From assembly GCA_030265395.1 (NCBI GenBank), contig JARFYF010000094.1:70486981-70550980 (forward strand): a stretch of DNA of 64,000 nucleotides, in the 5' to 3' direction. The DNA is from Rhina ancylostomus (Eukaryota). This document shows positions 37,211-50,149 of this stretch, in pieces. The notes beneath the pieces are model-generated. The model was not told where the DNA came from and did not search any database. It saw only the letters and a list, made by a program, of their open reading frames with translations. How positions within the stretch are numbered: the stretch's first letter is position 1; each line of letters starts with the position of its first letter. The translations under genes were made by a program, and so were the position numbers.

Positions 37211-39486
37211 GTGGTTAATATACACAAATAATCTATCTCTGTTGCCTCTGTGTTTCTATTGGTTCCATAATAGTCAGCTCCGTCTCCTGTGGGAAGGTGA
37301 GCAGTTAGAGATGCAGCTGGCTCCTCTTATTGACACTAATTATATGCCAGCTTCTCTTGCAAGAGAGAGGGAAATATGTTGATGAGTACCATGCAATGTG
37401 TTTGGATGTTGTGTCTACCATGGTTCAATAGCCAGGAAGAGACGAGCTATGAGCTATAGAATTGAAGCTAAGCTGTGATAAGTGTATGTGGGTCTGATGG
37501 ACCATTGGATTTTTAGGTGTCAGTTCTGATTGTTAGTGGCTGAATGATAGAATATATTGCACTGGGCAATGTGAGAGGCTAATGGCAGAATTGGTGAGAT
37601 ATGGGATTTGATGATCTGTTCATTATCAAATCATCTTTACCAGACATGCTGGGCACTGGAACCTGAGGCCTTGTTCATGGACTAACCTGATGGCTTGTTG
37701 ACAACTCATTTTGTCAGAAGGCCTTTGCCATTCATTACGTGTCTGATGATCAGAGATATTTGGTCAAAGTGCATTTAAGTAACTTAAACAAATTTAAAAT
37801 GTGGAAGGGCAAATAATAAATGTATTAAAGTACATTTAACTAATGTAAATTGATTTAAAAATTCATATCAAACAAAAGGAAAAGACTAAAACACCTACTT
37901 TCACTTACCATTCCCTCTGTTCAAGCTGTGCCAAGTAAAGCTAAGGGGCCAGATGTGAAACGTATCCAGCCCCTCAACTCAGTATTTAGAGGAACTGCCC
38001 CTGGCTTCAGTGCTGACTCCAAGAGTGAAATTGGTGTCAGATGAGCTCACAGCTGAATTCCAGCTTGTTCCATTATTTGTGTTGTTTGATGTAATGGCGC
38101 TAGCCACAGATTCTGTAGGGAACTGACACCTCCCATCAATGCAATTCATCCCTTGGGTTGGCATGTGTACTGCCTTCTGCAGTCTGGTTACATTCCTCCT
38201 AAACTGATAACAATTCATCCTGTTGTTGTGCGGCAGAGCTAGTTAATGTTAATTCTTGTTCTCAATGAAATCATCCCACCTTGGAAAAAATTAAAAACAT
38301 TTAGTTGACTAATTTTTAATTTGATAAATGAGTAATTATAAAACTAAATGCTGAAAATAAATGGGCTGATTCAGTGATCCAGGCAAAAAAGCTGCTGAGC
38401 AAGATCCAAGTTTTACACGAACGGAATAATGAGCCAGACAAGCTCATGAATATCATTATTTCAGGCTTGCTACACAGTTTTAGCATTGTGCAGGAGACAT
38501 CATAAAATGTTACAGTCGCAAAGCCTTTAAAGTGACTCTACTCAAAGTCAGAGTCCTATCGTCAGGTATGGAAATTTAAACAGAATGATTTGAGCTATTT
38601 AAGGCACAAACAAAGATTTTGAAAAGCTTCCTGCTCTTGACAAGTCTAAGTTGGTAGAGGAGGGAGAAAGGAAGAGAAATGATTCCCCAAAACAGAAGGA
38701 CAAGTGGCAATAGTGCAGATGCTGCTGTAATATTAGGAATGGTTTTCATTGTTTAGCACAATTAAAGAGGTAAATCTGACCCCATTTACTCAGTACAAGG
38801 TAGAAATCCAGAAGCTGCTGTCAGTGATGGCCATTCACTGAGTCTGCTCTTGCCATTGTTGTTGATAAACTTGGGAACTGAATCACTTGTGATGGTATGA
38901 ATTTGGTTTATTTACCCCTGATAGCTAAGCTAAATATTGTGGTAAAAGTTAGGGCTGGTGCAATGAAGGGAAAACATTCCTTTTATGTATTAATAAATAA
39001 TTGTCTCTGCTGAGTAGCTTCTCTGGACCTAAAACCCTTTTTGAATCTCACTCCACAAGATGATAATTAGGGTTGTTACCATAAGTTTTTTTAACATTTT
39101 CTTTTTGTCCCTTTGGTCTGTCTTCTTCATTTTCATCTTTTTTTTACACTAACTTTATTTTGCTTTTTGCATTTCAATTAAAGTTAATTTATATGTATTG
39201 CTTTATATTTGTTGCTTTGGACTCTGTGTATCACAATAAGGATCCTTCAGTGTGAATGGTCGAAGATCCTTATTATACCTTTACCTATTCACAAATGCCA
39301 CCGATCCCTTAAAAAGAGGAAGCACTAGTAAAGAGAGCAAATATTCTCAGCCAGTTTTACCTGAGGGAAAAAGTGAAACAATTACTTCACAGGTGGTTTT
39401 AAATCGAGTTATTGCAAAAATAGAAGCAGAATTTGTCAGCAATTGGCATTCATAAATTTTCCCAACCTCACTATTTGAAGACTGCA

Positions 39487-40437
39487 AAGGTGATAATGGA
39501 CAGGCCTTGGGGAGTTAGAGGTGGGTTACTCATCACAAGATTCCTAGCCTCTGATTTGCTCTTTTTGCCACATTGTGTATATGGCTACTCCAGTTCAGTT
39601 TCTGGTCATTGGTAACCCCCAGGATATTGATAATGGGGGATTCAGTGATGGTAATGGCATTGAATATCAAGGGGTGAAGGCTGGATTTTCTTTTGTTGGA
39701 TATCATCATTGCCCAGCACTTGTCTGGCATGAATGTTACTTGCCACCTATCAGCCAAAGACTGGATAATGTCCAGGTCTTGCTGCATTTGGGTGTGGATG
39801 CTTCATTATCTGAGGCATTGTGAGTGGTGCTGAACATCAGGCAATCATCAGCGAACACTCCTACCTCTAACCTTACAATTGAAGGAAAGTCATTGACGAA
39901 GCTGAAGATGGTTGGGCCTAGGGCACTACTCTGAGGTAGAGTAGTCACCTACAGAGATGTCCTTGGTTGAGGTGATTGACTTCCATCCACCACAACCATC
40001 TTCCTTTGTGCTAGGTATGATTCCAATGAAGGGTTTTCCCCCTGTTTCTTATTGACTCCAGTTTAGCCAAGACTCCTTAATGCCATAAATGATCAAATGC
40101 CTAATTAAGGACAGTTACTCTCACTTCACCTCTGGACTCAGATCTTTTGCCCAAGGCTGGAATGAGGTCAGGAGCAAAGTGATTTTGCAGAACCCAGAAT
40201 TAGTTTCTGCGAGCAGATTGTTGCCAAAGCATCACTTTGCTGATGATCAAGAGTAATGGGGAGGTAATTGGTTAGGTTGGATTTGTCCCGCTTCTTGAGG
40301 ACAGGACATACCTGGGCAATTTTCCACATTGTCAGGTGGATGCCGTTGTTGTACAGTACTAGAACAGCTTGCCCAATGGCACAACAAGTTCTATAGCATC
40401 TCTTCCATATTATTGCCAGAATGTTGTCAGGGCCCAT
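39487..40437 (-). mobile_element. Crack/Daphne-like LINE reverse-transcriptase region (frameshifted)
   Basis: ORFs give GPDNI...WKIAQVCPVLKK.DKSN..NY.PI, PQSSALGPTIF..NDFPS...FADD, and QQDLD..WQVTF.P.K...ILGVT.DQKLNW..H. Confidence 0.92.
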
Positions 40438-40874
40438 AAATATATTTTATATTTATTGTTGCCTGTTTAAAAAGCTGAAGGATTGTATTTTTGCACAGTT
40501 TTGTAAGTAAGCAACCTTTGCTTTCAATATCTATTCAATTTGCATCAGATTCTTCCAATGACTGTAATTCCTTTACAGTTAAGCTTTCTTCTTTTCCCTG
40601 TTGTTTTTATGAACTGTCCCTTGCTTTATAAAAGTTCTACTGTAATATTTGATGTTATATTTAATTGTACACTTAACAACATGAAATTGTCCACACAGTG
40701 CCACGGATTGACTCATACATGCTGAATTGCAGCTTCTCGAGCACCACGTCACATTGTCAGTATCTGACAAAATTTCAGAGGCTCCAGGTGCCAATTAATA
40801 TCTCACCAAGTTTTTATATATGGATGAGCTTCAACAAGTATTAGCAAATAGTTTCAGTCAGGATGACATCAAAG

Positions 40875-40918
40875 TTGAATTTAATCCAGCTTTCATCTGA
40901 CATCTATACACACACACA

Positions 40919-40958
<40 letters not shown>

Positions 40959-41040
40959 TTATAGCAGGGGTCACTGAGTCCAATCAGGCACAGGAAACTG
41001 ATTGATTTTCCTCTTCCTGTCCTGGGGTACTCAGAGCTTC
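40875..41040 (-). mobile_element. Fragment of the unnamed old SINE-like family, containing a (CA)n tract
   Basis: 'gcaggggtcactgagtccaatcaggcacaggaaactgattgattttcc' resembles 25700-25755 and 22390-22440. Confidence 0.45.
40908..40956. repeat. (CA)n microsatellite
   Basis: About 24 AC units with one TA interruption. Confidence 0.98.
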
Positions 41041-41254
41041 TTAATTGAATGTTGTACAAGAACATTGTAAATATTTTTGTTTGCACTGTACTTTCAAATT
41101 ACCCATACTGCACACAGCCAATTCACCTAGTCAGGATGTTGAAAGTCTACTTTGTAATTATCAAAAGTCCAGATCTCCACAATGGGCTTCTACATAACAG
41201 TATTGTTACTCTTATTTCTTATTAATATAGTCTTGCAAAGCTTTATTCAGACCA

Positions 41255-42210
41255 CTTTTTAACTTATGAATGGGACGTGGATGTCATAATAAGGCTGGTA
41301 CTTATTTGTTGTCCTTAATTGCCCTTGAGAAAGTAGTAGTGAGCATTTGGCTTGGATCGTTGAAGTCAGCCCAGTTTAGGTACATTAACAGCTCTCTTAG
41401 GGGGAGAATTCCATTGGTTTGACCAGTGACAATGATGATAAATTTTCAAGTCCGCACAGTGCACGACTCAGTGGGGAACTTGCAGATGGATGTTTGCTCA
41501 TTTACCTGCTGCCCTTGTTCTTCTCAATAATAGAGATTAAATGTTAGGAAGTGCTGAAAAAAGAATTGAATTGTCGCAGTACATCTTTTGAATGGTCCAC
41601 TCCGCCAACATAGTATGGCATCGATGGAGCGTTAGAATGGTTAAGGTGATAGACAGAATGCCAATCATTTGCTTTGTCCTGGATTTTCTGAGTTTCTTAT
41701 GTTTTTTAAGGCTGTTCTCATCCAGGCAAGGAGGAGATATTCCATCACATTGCTGATTTATTCCATCACATTCCTGATTTATTCCTTGTGGATGTTGGAA
41801 AGACTTTAGGCAGCCTGGTGGTGAATTATTTGACACAGAATAGCCAGCCTCTGACCTGCTGTTTTTCACATAATATATAAGTAGTTACTCCAGTTAATAG
41901 TAACAGCAAGGATGTAGATTAGTCTGTGGTAATGGCATTTAATATCAAGGGAAAGTGGCTTGATATGTCAGTAGTGATTATTGTCCATCACTTGAGTGGT
42001 GAAAATGTTACTTGACACTATGAAACTCAAATGGCAACATCCGGATCCTTCTGCATGTGGGCCCAAATTGCTTTATTCTAACACTGTCTAAGCAGTTTTT
42101 GAATTGAACTGAACACTGAAATTATCAGCAAACATCCTCATGCCTGACTTTCTGATTGAAGGAAGATCATCAATGAAATAACTGAGTAAGGTTGGTCCAA
42201 GGAACTCTTG
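41255..42210 (-). mobile_element. Crack/Daphne-like LINE 3' portion
   Basis: 3' end 'atgggacgtggatgtc...ccttaattgcccttgagaaagt'; internal 'gtaatggcatttaatatcaaggg' and 'tcagcaaacatcc' are shared with the 39.5 kb copy. Contains a 21-bp tandem duplication at ~41740-41786. Confidence 0.85.
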
Positions 42211-42479
42211 CAATAAATATATGGAACTATTGGTCCTAAAAACCTTCTCCACCCTTTCCTATAATTCTGACCTCTGACAGTAGCTGATAACGGGTCAAAC
42301 CATCATACAACTAATTCTCTTCCATCTACTGGGGCTGTTACCAGGGAAAGTTTCCAAGCTTCAGTGATTGGCAAAGACTGACAGTGTCTGTCAGATTACT
42401 TCTTACCCTTTGCCCAAGGAGGAAACCTTCTAGTGTAGAGAGCAGGAAGTAACCAGACATGTATCTGTGAAGGCATGAG

Positions 42480-42960
42480 TGCCCTCCACGAACGCCTGAA
42501 CTTTTGAAAGTCCCACAATGTATTCACATGCACCTTCCAGGGTAAATGCAAATATTTTGTGCATTTCAGTAAAATTATGTCTCATTCTTCTAAATTTTTG
42601 AGAAGCATGGCCTACCTGAACTCTCCTCACTCACAGACCTGCCAGCCAGTTCCGGTGAAGCTTTGCTCCATTCCCCCTATCAGCAATACCTCCATTTTTA
42701 GGTAAGGAGACCAAAGTTATACTCAATACTCCAACATAGTCTCACCAAGAACCATTTTAATTGTAGTGATATATCTTGTACTCAAGTCCTTTTGCATGAA
42801 TGGCCAACATGCCGTTTGCCTGCCTAATGTTAGTTTTCGGTGATTTGTGTCCAAAGACCCCGAAGTTCCTTTGCACATCTCCCACAACTTAAAAAAATAC
42901 TCAGCATTTCTAACTTTACTCCAAAAGTGAATAAAGTTCATTACTTCTCTTCACATTGCC
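42480..42960 (-). mobile_element. Degenerate CR1 fragment
   Basis: 'ttatgtctcattcttctaaat...gagaccaaagttatactcaatactccaacatagtctcaccaag...tggccaacatgccgtttgcc' is antisense CR1 ORF2 C-terminus. Confidence 0.8.
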
Positions 42961-43019
42961 AAGAAATTATTCCGAGACCAATAGTGTTCGCAACTTTAGA
43001 CACAACAGTATACTTCATC

Positions 43020-43385
43020 TCTCATATTGAGAATGACTCGGTTCAGCTTTAGTTCCGTGGGTTCTAAGGTGACTGATAAGGCCAACATGGGACCCACAGA
43101 TGGCTACAGGGGCAGCAAGAGGTCACTGATGAGGCAGGTGGGTAGTTTGGGTGGTGGTGCACTCCTTCTATCATTTCCACCGAGCTTCCCTCTGCTCCCA
43201 GTGCTTGCATTCAGAGTTTTCAGTTCCAACTCAGAACCTCCTTCCCCATTTTATTATGAGCCGGGGATTCCCTATAGTCAGTGGGGGATGTTGCACTCTT
43301 CAAGAAGACTTTGAATCTTTTCCTCTACCCATCTGGTAACCTTTTCCTGTGACAGAAGTCAGAATGAAATACACTTCCTGCAATG
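43020..43385 (-). mobile_element. RTE-clade LINE 3' end fragment
   Basis: 'gttccgtgggttctaaggtgactgataaggccaac' parallels 8228-8260; 'tcttttcctctacccatctggtaacc' is an antisense GxQRKR-like motif. Confidence 0.7.
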
Positions 43386-43404
43386 GGCTGCACACTCTGG
43401 GATT

Positions 43405-43735
43405 GTCACAGACTCATAAACTCATACAGCATGGAAGCTTGTCCCATGGGTCTACTCTGACCATCAAGCATCTATTTACACTAACCCTACACAAATCCCA
43501 TTTTATTCTCCCACATTCCTAACAACTCCCCCCGAATCTACCACGCACTTACACACCAGGGAGACTTGACAGTGGCCAATTCAGTTACCAACCTAAATGC
43601 CTTTGAAAGAGGGAGGAAACTAGATTATCTGGAGGAAACTCATGCGATCACTGGGAAAATGTGCAAACTCCACACAGAGGATTGAACCCAGGGCACTGGA
43701 GCTATGAGGCAGCAGCTCTAGTACCTATGTGTCAT
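43405..43735 (-). mobile_element. Older V-SINE with CR1-type tail
   Basis: Antisense V-domain and head 'gggaggaaactagattatctggaggaaactcatgcg...gtgcaaactccacacag...gattgaacccagg...ggagctatgaggcagcagc'. Confidence 0.8.
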
Positions 43736-43799
43736 GGAATAATATAGAAACAGGCCCTAGCTTTGCTACCGAGCTGCCATTCTTTTTTAGTATGAATTA

Positions 43800-44540
43800 A
43801 CTTAAGGCTTTAAGACTGTAAAACTTGGATTGTTTTCTCTGGAGTGTTGGAGGCTGAGAGGAGATCTGATGGGCATTTATAAAATTATGAGAAGCATAGA
43901 TAGGGTAGATAGAGTCTTTTTCCCGGGCTGAAAATATCAAATAGTGGAGGACACAGCTTTAGGGTGAGAGGGGGAAAGTTTAAAGGAGATGTGCAGGGTG
44001 TTTTTTTTTACACACAGAGAGTAGTAGGTGCCTAGAATGTGCTACCAGGGTGGTATTGGAAGCAGACATGATAGTGGTGTTTAAGAGGCATTTGGACAGG
44101 CATATAAACATCCAGAGAATGGAGGGATATGAATCATGTGTAGGCAGATAGGTTTAGTTGAATTTAGTATCATGGTCAACACAGACTCATGGACTGAAGG
44201 GCCTGTTCCTGTGCCATACAGCACAGTAATGTAGCAGTTAGCGTAACGTTATTACAGCACCAGCGACCCAGGTTCAATTCCACCAGTGTATGTAAGGAGT
44301 TTGTACGTTCTCCCTGTGTCTGCGTGGGTTTCCTCCGCGTGCTCCGGTTTCCTCCCACGTTCCAAAGACGTACGGGTTAGGAGTTGTGGACATGCTATGT
44401 TGGTGCTGGAGGAGTGGCGGCACTTGCAGGCTTCCCCCAGCACATTCTCATTAACACAAAAAGATGCATTTCACTGTGTGTTTCGATGTACATATGACTA
44501 ATAAATAAATATCTGCTGTACTGTTAAGTTCTATGCTCTA
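43800..44540 (+). mobile_element. CR1 LINE 3' end, split by a V-SINE insertion
   Basis: LGLFSLEC.RLRGDL.GIYKIMR; the tail 'ggactgaagggcctgttcctgtgc' resumes after the SINE as 'gctgtactgttaagttctatgctctat'. Confidence 0.9.
44219..44514 (+). mobile_element. Young V-SINE
   Basis: Same head, V-domain and tail as the 26369, 46752 and 60903 copies; retains several CpGs. Confidence 0.92.
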
Positions 44541-45379
44541 TAAATATTCTAAATCATTTATCATACCTGATGAGTGTCACTTCAGTGAAATGAGGAAGAA
44601 TTGCCCTTTATTACATATAAAATGATGAGCCATTGATATCATTGCCAAGCAAAGTAAATTACATACAAATAAAACAAAAGAACATACTGATTATGATTTT
44701 TTTAAATTAGTCTATAATTACAAACAAGTTTTAATAAATGTTCAATAAAGCTTCAAATTAATCCAGCAATGGAAGTCATTAATACTCCTTATTTATACAT
44801 GTTAACCTTTAGACACACATGGTGGTGAACTTTTCAGTGAGAAGTATGTGCAGATGAGTATTGAAATTCAAGATGTATATTTAGTTTGGTCAGAAGCATG
44901 TACAAAGATCAAGTATTTGTCATCTGTAACCTTAAGAAAAATTGTGGTAAATCAAAACAGTTTTACGTTTTATGATTGTGACCAGCAGTTTGAGAACATA
45001 TGGAAAAAATTACCATTGTGCATAACTAGCTAAGTAGAGGGATATGTCCATTCAAAACATCCTTACTGACTGATGGCAAATGATAAATTAATTTTCCATC
45101 AGATACTGCATGTGAATGTATAGAGTGAAATCTATCTATAATGATCACCTTGGGAACTTGTATGTATTCAAGTCACAATTATTAATTGTTTTTTTGGCAA
45201 TCAGTGCCATTCCTAAGAGTGAGAATCCATTCCATACAACCATATGGATGCCTCCTGAGGTTGGGTAAGCCCACTTGGCAAGAAACAAGACCACCATAAT
45301 GTATAATTATTCTTATTAATGTACTTCCTTTGTTTAGGGGTTCCACTTTAAACATTTCAACATCTCTAATTCTTGAAAT

Positions 45380-45885
45380 GTTTATCTCTCACTCCATTCC
45401 CCCACTCCCCAGTCACCCCCAAATGTTCTTTCACCAAATCTTTCTCTCAACACTTTGCCACAAACTTCTAATTTTCTCAGTTTTTCAATTCTCCGATTCT
45501 CATGGTCTCGCAACTCTCAGCCTTCCTCCTCAATGCCCACTCTTCCTCATTCTGCTCTCAGTTCCACACTCCTTCCTTCTGCCCCACACCATCTCTGTTC
45601 CCCACTCCATGCCTCTTTCCCACTCTCCAGTTCTTCTCCTCGCCCTCCTTCCCATTTATTACAACTCTCCTTTGTCCCCTCTGCACTCTTGTTCTTCCTA
45701 TTCTAACCTCACTCTACTTCACTGTCTCTTCTCCTCTCATTGCTCCACTCGCACAATTCCTGCCATTCCCCTCCTCACTCCACAGCAATCTCCTGCTCTA
45801 CTGCTCTTTTTTTCTCTCTCACTTCTCTCCTTTCCCTTGCACCCTGCATTTTCTCTTTATTCATCTCCCTGTTGCCCTCAAATCC
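45380..45885. repeat. Pyrimidine-rich low-complexity tract
   Basis: About 500 bp strongly dominated by C/T on the + strand; explains the overlapping S/P/L/F-rich ORFs. Confidence 0.85.
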
Positions 45886-45889
45886 CTGA

Positions 45890-46200
45890 TCTTTCAAAAA
45901 ATTATCTACTTCCACTTTAAATATCCCCAACGATCTAGCTTCCACAAGCCTCTAGGGTACAATGTTCCAAAGGTTCACCACCTTCATGTGGAAGTTCCTA
46001 CACACCTGTTTTAAATGACCACCCTGTAATCTTCTAACTACATCTCCCCATTTGCTATTCTCCTACAGGTTGAAATATCACAACATCTACCCTGTTATGT
46101 CCCTAAGGATCCTATATGTTTCAATAAGATCATTCCTCATTCTGCTAAACTTGGAAGAATATAAATCTAATTTCTTTAGCTGCTTGTGAAAGGACAAATG
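45890..46200 (-). mobile_element. CR1 fragment
   Basis: 'ttccaaaggttcaccacc...tttcaataagatcattcctcattctgctaaact' is antisense CR1 3' region. Confidence 0.8.
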
Positions 46201-46751
46201 GGTTTCAATGTTATTGAGTATAGTCATGTCAATTTGGTTTACTGCAAAAAAAACAGCCTGTTAGTGTTTAAATAAAAGTTATTGGGACTGAAATATATAT
46301 TGTTCTTTTAACCTTACATTGTTTTCAGCATGGGGGTTTGTGGATTTATAATTATTCAAGCCTATTTCATTCACATTCTGATATATACCTCTTAACATGT
46401 ATTAGAGAAGCCCAATTCACTGAGGATGTTTGGATTAACAGCCAGTCTCCTCATTCTAATAGCCACTCTCCTTGGCACATATCTCAGTATTAACTTCTAA
46501 CTCACACACAATTAACTATTACTTAATGAAAGTACAATGCTAACTACTCCAATTGTTAATTTCTCTGGGTGCTTAATTTTTTAGTTTTCCCAATTAGTTT
46601 TAATGATGAATAATGAAAACTGTCAACAACTGGAATAAATATCATTTTTATAATAGAGGACAGGTCAGGATAGCCAACACTTATCTATTAGAAACCTTTG
46701 ACTCAATGGTGGTATATTTGCTCTGGAGGTATATTTCTTCTGTTATGAACT

Positions 46752-47046
46752 TAAGATATCGTTATTATTCACATGTACATCGAAACACCTAGTGAAATGC
46801 ATCTTTTATGTAGAGTGTTCTGGGGGCAGCCCACAAGTGTTGCCATGCTTCCAGCAACAACATAGCATGCCTGCAACTTCCTACCCCATACGTCTTTGGA
46901 ATGTGGGAAGAAACCAGAGCACCCAGAGAAAACCCAGGCAGACACGGGAAGAACATACAAACTCCTTACAGACAGTGGCCAGAATTGAACCCTGGTTGCT
47001 GGCATTGTAATAGCATTATGCTAATGGCTACACTGCCATGCCTGCC
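46752..47046 (-). mobile_element. Young V-SINE, full length
   Basis: Reverse complement of the 26369/60903 family (its ORF RVQFWPLSVRSLYVLPVSAWV mirrors those copies). Confidence 0.92.
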
Positions 47047-47254
47047 TAAATGAAATAGTTTATGTGTTTATGGTTTAGCTGTTAATAGTTCTTTTGTCTG
47101 TTTTTAAATATTTTAATTAGTTTTCATTAGTTTCCTTACGTTGCCAGTCTTCATTTCTGTTTTCTTCTCCCCCTGTTTGTTTACCCTTTCTTTGGGACAA
47201 AAAGAACAAAATATGGTGCTGTGAAAGAAAAAAATGGGCACTGCCTGGCACTGA

Positions 47255-47452
47255 AAGATGAAATAAAAATGAAACAATGTCTAAAGCTGCACAGGGTACT
47301 GGTCCATTTTTAAGGAGAGTAAGTACACATTAAATGGACAGTTAATATTTCAGGCTTTTCAACAGAATGGAAGGATCCAAAACTAAAACCCTGCTTTCTC
47401 CCTTTTAAACCATACCAACAAGGTTACTGTGTACTTCCTGTTTTCATTTCAG
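47255..47452. mobile_element. Very degenerate Penelope-derived inverted-repeat element
   Basis: 'gaaataaaaatgaaa...gttaatatttcagg..tttcaacagaa...aaccctgctttctc...tgttttcatttcag' follows the layout of 28410-28640. Confidence 0.45.
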
Positions 47453-47737
47453 TTTTTCAACGTCTTTAGTTTTTTACTGAAAGGCAAGGAGACAAAGCTT
47501 GATGTCACATTTGAAAACGGACATTGGCTTAATAATTGCAAAGGAGTGTGAAATTGCTTTAAAGAAAGGAAAGTTGACATTTGGTTGCGTTGGCTAAGTG
47601 AAGCTGGCATTATTCGGACAGAGTAGAGGAAGAAGGCTGACATTGAGTTGGACAGCAAAATGTAATATAACCTCAGGTTAAAGAGCCAGCAAAAGCTTTA
47701 TGTCAGTTTCTCAAGAGAAAAAGAAAAAAAAATCCAT

Positions 47738-47835
47738 TTATGCAGCTCCTTGTCATGTCTGCAGGATATCTCAAAAATCCCTTAACAAGCAGTGGATCAC
47801 TTTTGAAATTCAGCCACCATCATAGAAAATGCAAT
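47738..47835 (-). mobile_element. Deu-SINE/L2-type 3' tail fragment
   Basis: 'caggatatctcaaa...acttttgaaattcagccac' resembles the antisense Deu-SINE tail. Confidence 0.4.
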
Positions 47836-48188
47836 AAAAGATAGTCCATGCCTTTTGTATTGATATGTGATTTACAACCTATTGGTGTGTCCTAAGACTA
47901 GATGGACTAAAAAAAAATGCTGTGCTACGCTCCTAACTAAGAAATTACATCAGTCAACTTGTATTCTTCATTTTACATGCATTCTATGCTACCAACATAG
48001 CAAGTGAGTCAATATTGGAAAATGCTACTGTTCATTTATTTTGACTTCACTTTCTGATAAGTGCTAAAGCAAAGTAAGGTTTACACTTAAAATCAAAAAG
48101 ATGATTGCATTTCTGCAGGCAAGTGGAGGGTTTTCCATCACTCACATGACTTGAAAATTAACAATTCCTTACCAAATGCTATAACAAG

Positions 48189-48228
48189 TGAATGAATGAA
48201 TGAATGAATGAATGAATGAATGAATGAA
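48189..48228. repeat. (TGAA)10 microsatellite
   Basis: Ten perfect TGAA units. Confidence 0.98.
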
Positions 48229-49729
48229 CATGCTCCAAAATTGTTGCCTTTATTGAATTACATCTAGTTTTGTAAATCAGTAAACTGAAAGCTAATGTGA
48301 CTAGAAAGAATAGTTTGATAATTGATGTGTCTGAATGTATATCAGAAGTAGAAGATCCATTTCTTTATATAAATACATCATGAAGTAGCAGGCCACAGAT
48401 GGGACTAAGCAAGCCTATAACCAGTGATTCAGAGTAAAGAATGCAAGTGTGTTGTCGTCAACTATGGCTGATTCCAGCATATGTGAGTTCTACAGGCAAG
48501 ATGGAATTATTCACAAGCACTCAATTCAGTTCATTCCATAGAAGACCAGGAAGCAGTTAAGTATGCTTTATGTAGTGACGGCAATAGCCATGACAACATT
48601 TAGGTTACTATACGGGAAACATTATCACCAGCCATCCCTGAAGTTTATCAATTCTGACAATGGCATCTGACCAACACTATTGGAAATTGCACTTCCATAT
48701 CCTGTCCACAAACAGAATGATGAATTTGATCCAGGTGAGCACTCCTCTTTCAGCTCATGCCAATCATCAGTAAAGAGACTGAAGAATAATTGGCAGCAAC
48801 ATTGAACATGAACAACCTAATTATGTATGTTCAGCTTGGGTTCACCTGAATTAGAGACAGACAGAAGGGCTACAGTTATACCAATACCAGAATGTAGCTA
48901 AATATATTTCCTTTGGTCACCTTTCCCACTCTGGTGAGGTCATTAATGTACTTATGAGACTAAATCCCAGAGCAGGGACACATTCCTGTTCCTCATTTCT
49001 GTAGCAGCAGGATTCCTCTCCTGGCGAAAGTAACACAGTGTCTCTTTGAGCCTCGGTATGTCTCAGGTCAAGAAAACCTTGGCTTCTATGTACTCCATTC
49101 TCTATGCTCCAGTCAACTCCAAAAAAATCCAAGGTCCCTTTAATTAACAGAGTTGAAACTAAACCCTGAGTGTCAGTATTCTGTCAACTCAAACTAAACA
49201 GTCAGGAATGGTGGGTTAAATGGAAAGATATGCCTTCAAGTACTTTGCATGCTAAAACCCTGCTCTTTCCTTTCCTATATCCCATCCAGCCATTGTCTCT
49301 CCTGCATTACCCCCACCTCCATATCCCACATAAAAACCCAACCCACTCAACCCTGCATTCCAAAACATCCCACTAACCCACATGCCACTGCACACCCCAA
49401 ATTACACAGCTTCCACCCAAAATCCCATACATTCCACACCTCCCACTCCTCACTCCCATATCCAACACCACCAACCCCACATCTAATACCTATCACATAC
49501 TCCCAATGTGTCAAAATGTTAAAACAGGCTCTTAAATTGCCATTCCAATGCTGAATGCAGCTGAAAAAAATGTGTTGTTCAGCAGATGTAGTGTCTGCTG
49601 AAGTGAACACAGTTGCAACCCAATTTTAAGAACTTTCCCATCATTATTCCAACTTCACAACAAGTTAAAATTTGTCATGGGGACTGTAATCTCTGCACTT
49701 CATTAAAAATCTAGTAAATCAAACCCTCA

Positions 49730-49830
49730 TGGGGGCTCAGTTATTAAGTACATTGAGATAAGGAAGTTACCAGGTATGATCTATGGTCTGTAATGAATTT
49801 GCTGATCTCAGCCAGAGACCATGTTGCAAA
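49730..49830 (+). mobile_element. tRNA-like head of the unnamed old SINE-like family
   Basis: A-box-like 'ggggctcagtt' and B-box-like 'ggtatgatc', followed by 'ggtctgt..tga.tt.gctgatctcagcc'. Confidence 0.45.
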
Positions 49831-50149
49831 TTTAAAGACTGCGTTAGATAATTACTTGAATTTAACATCAGCTATATTTCCCCTGCAGATTCTTCCCTTG
49901 CGTCTATTACAATCAGTTTATGTTCATTAGAGTTGTTCTGTTCATCCATTGTTATTTGAGTGTGATCAGATGAGACATAATCAGTGAAAAGCTCTGTTAG
50001 ATGAACAAGACACATTTTGTGTCGCCAGGTTCTTGTAATTTTCTGAATGGTAAAACAATTCATTAAGGTTTTGACCCAATCTGATCTCATTGGGATGGCT
50101 GTGAGCAGCCCGGGAAAAACATACTGAGTTGGTGGACAGTGCCAGGAAA

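Noticed and set aside
37905-38220. Minus-strand exon/ORF (79 aa, S/N/T-rich) with ATG|GTAAGT donor near 37909
   Set aside because: Reading from the nearest plausible acceptor (~38113), all frames stop before the donor; peptide unrecognised.
38360-38570. Coding-looking stretch (WADSVIQAKKLLSKIQVLHERNNEPDKLMNIII...) with CAG|GTATGG donor
   Set aside because: It has an in-frame stop before the donor and no good acceptor for the open frame.
45330-46014. Long ORFs (196 aa, 170 aa)
   Set aside because: They arise from a C/T-rich low-complexity tract that lacks stop codons, running into an antisense CR1; no domain features.
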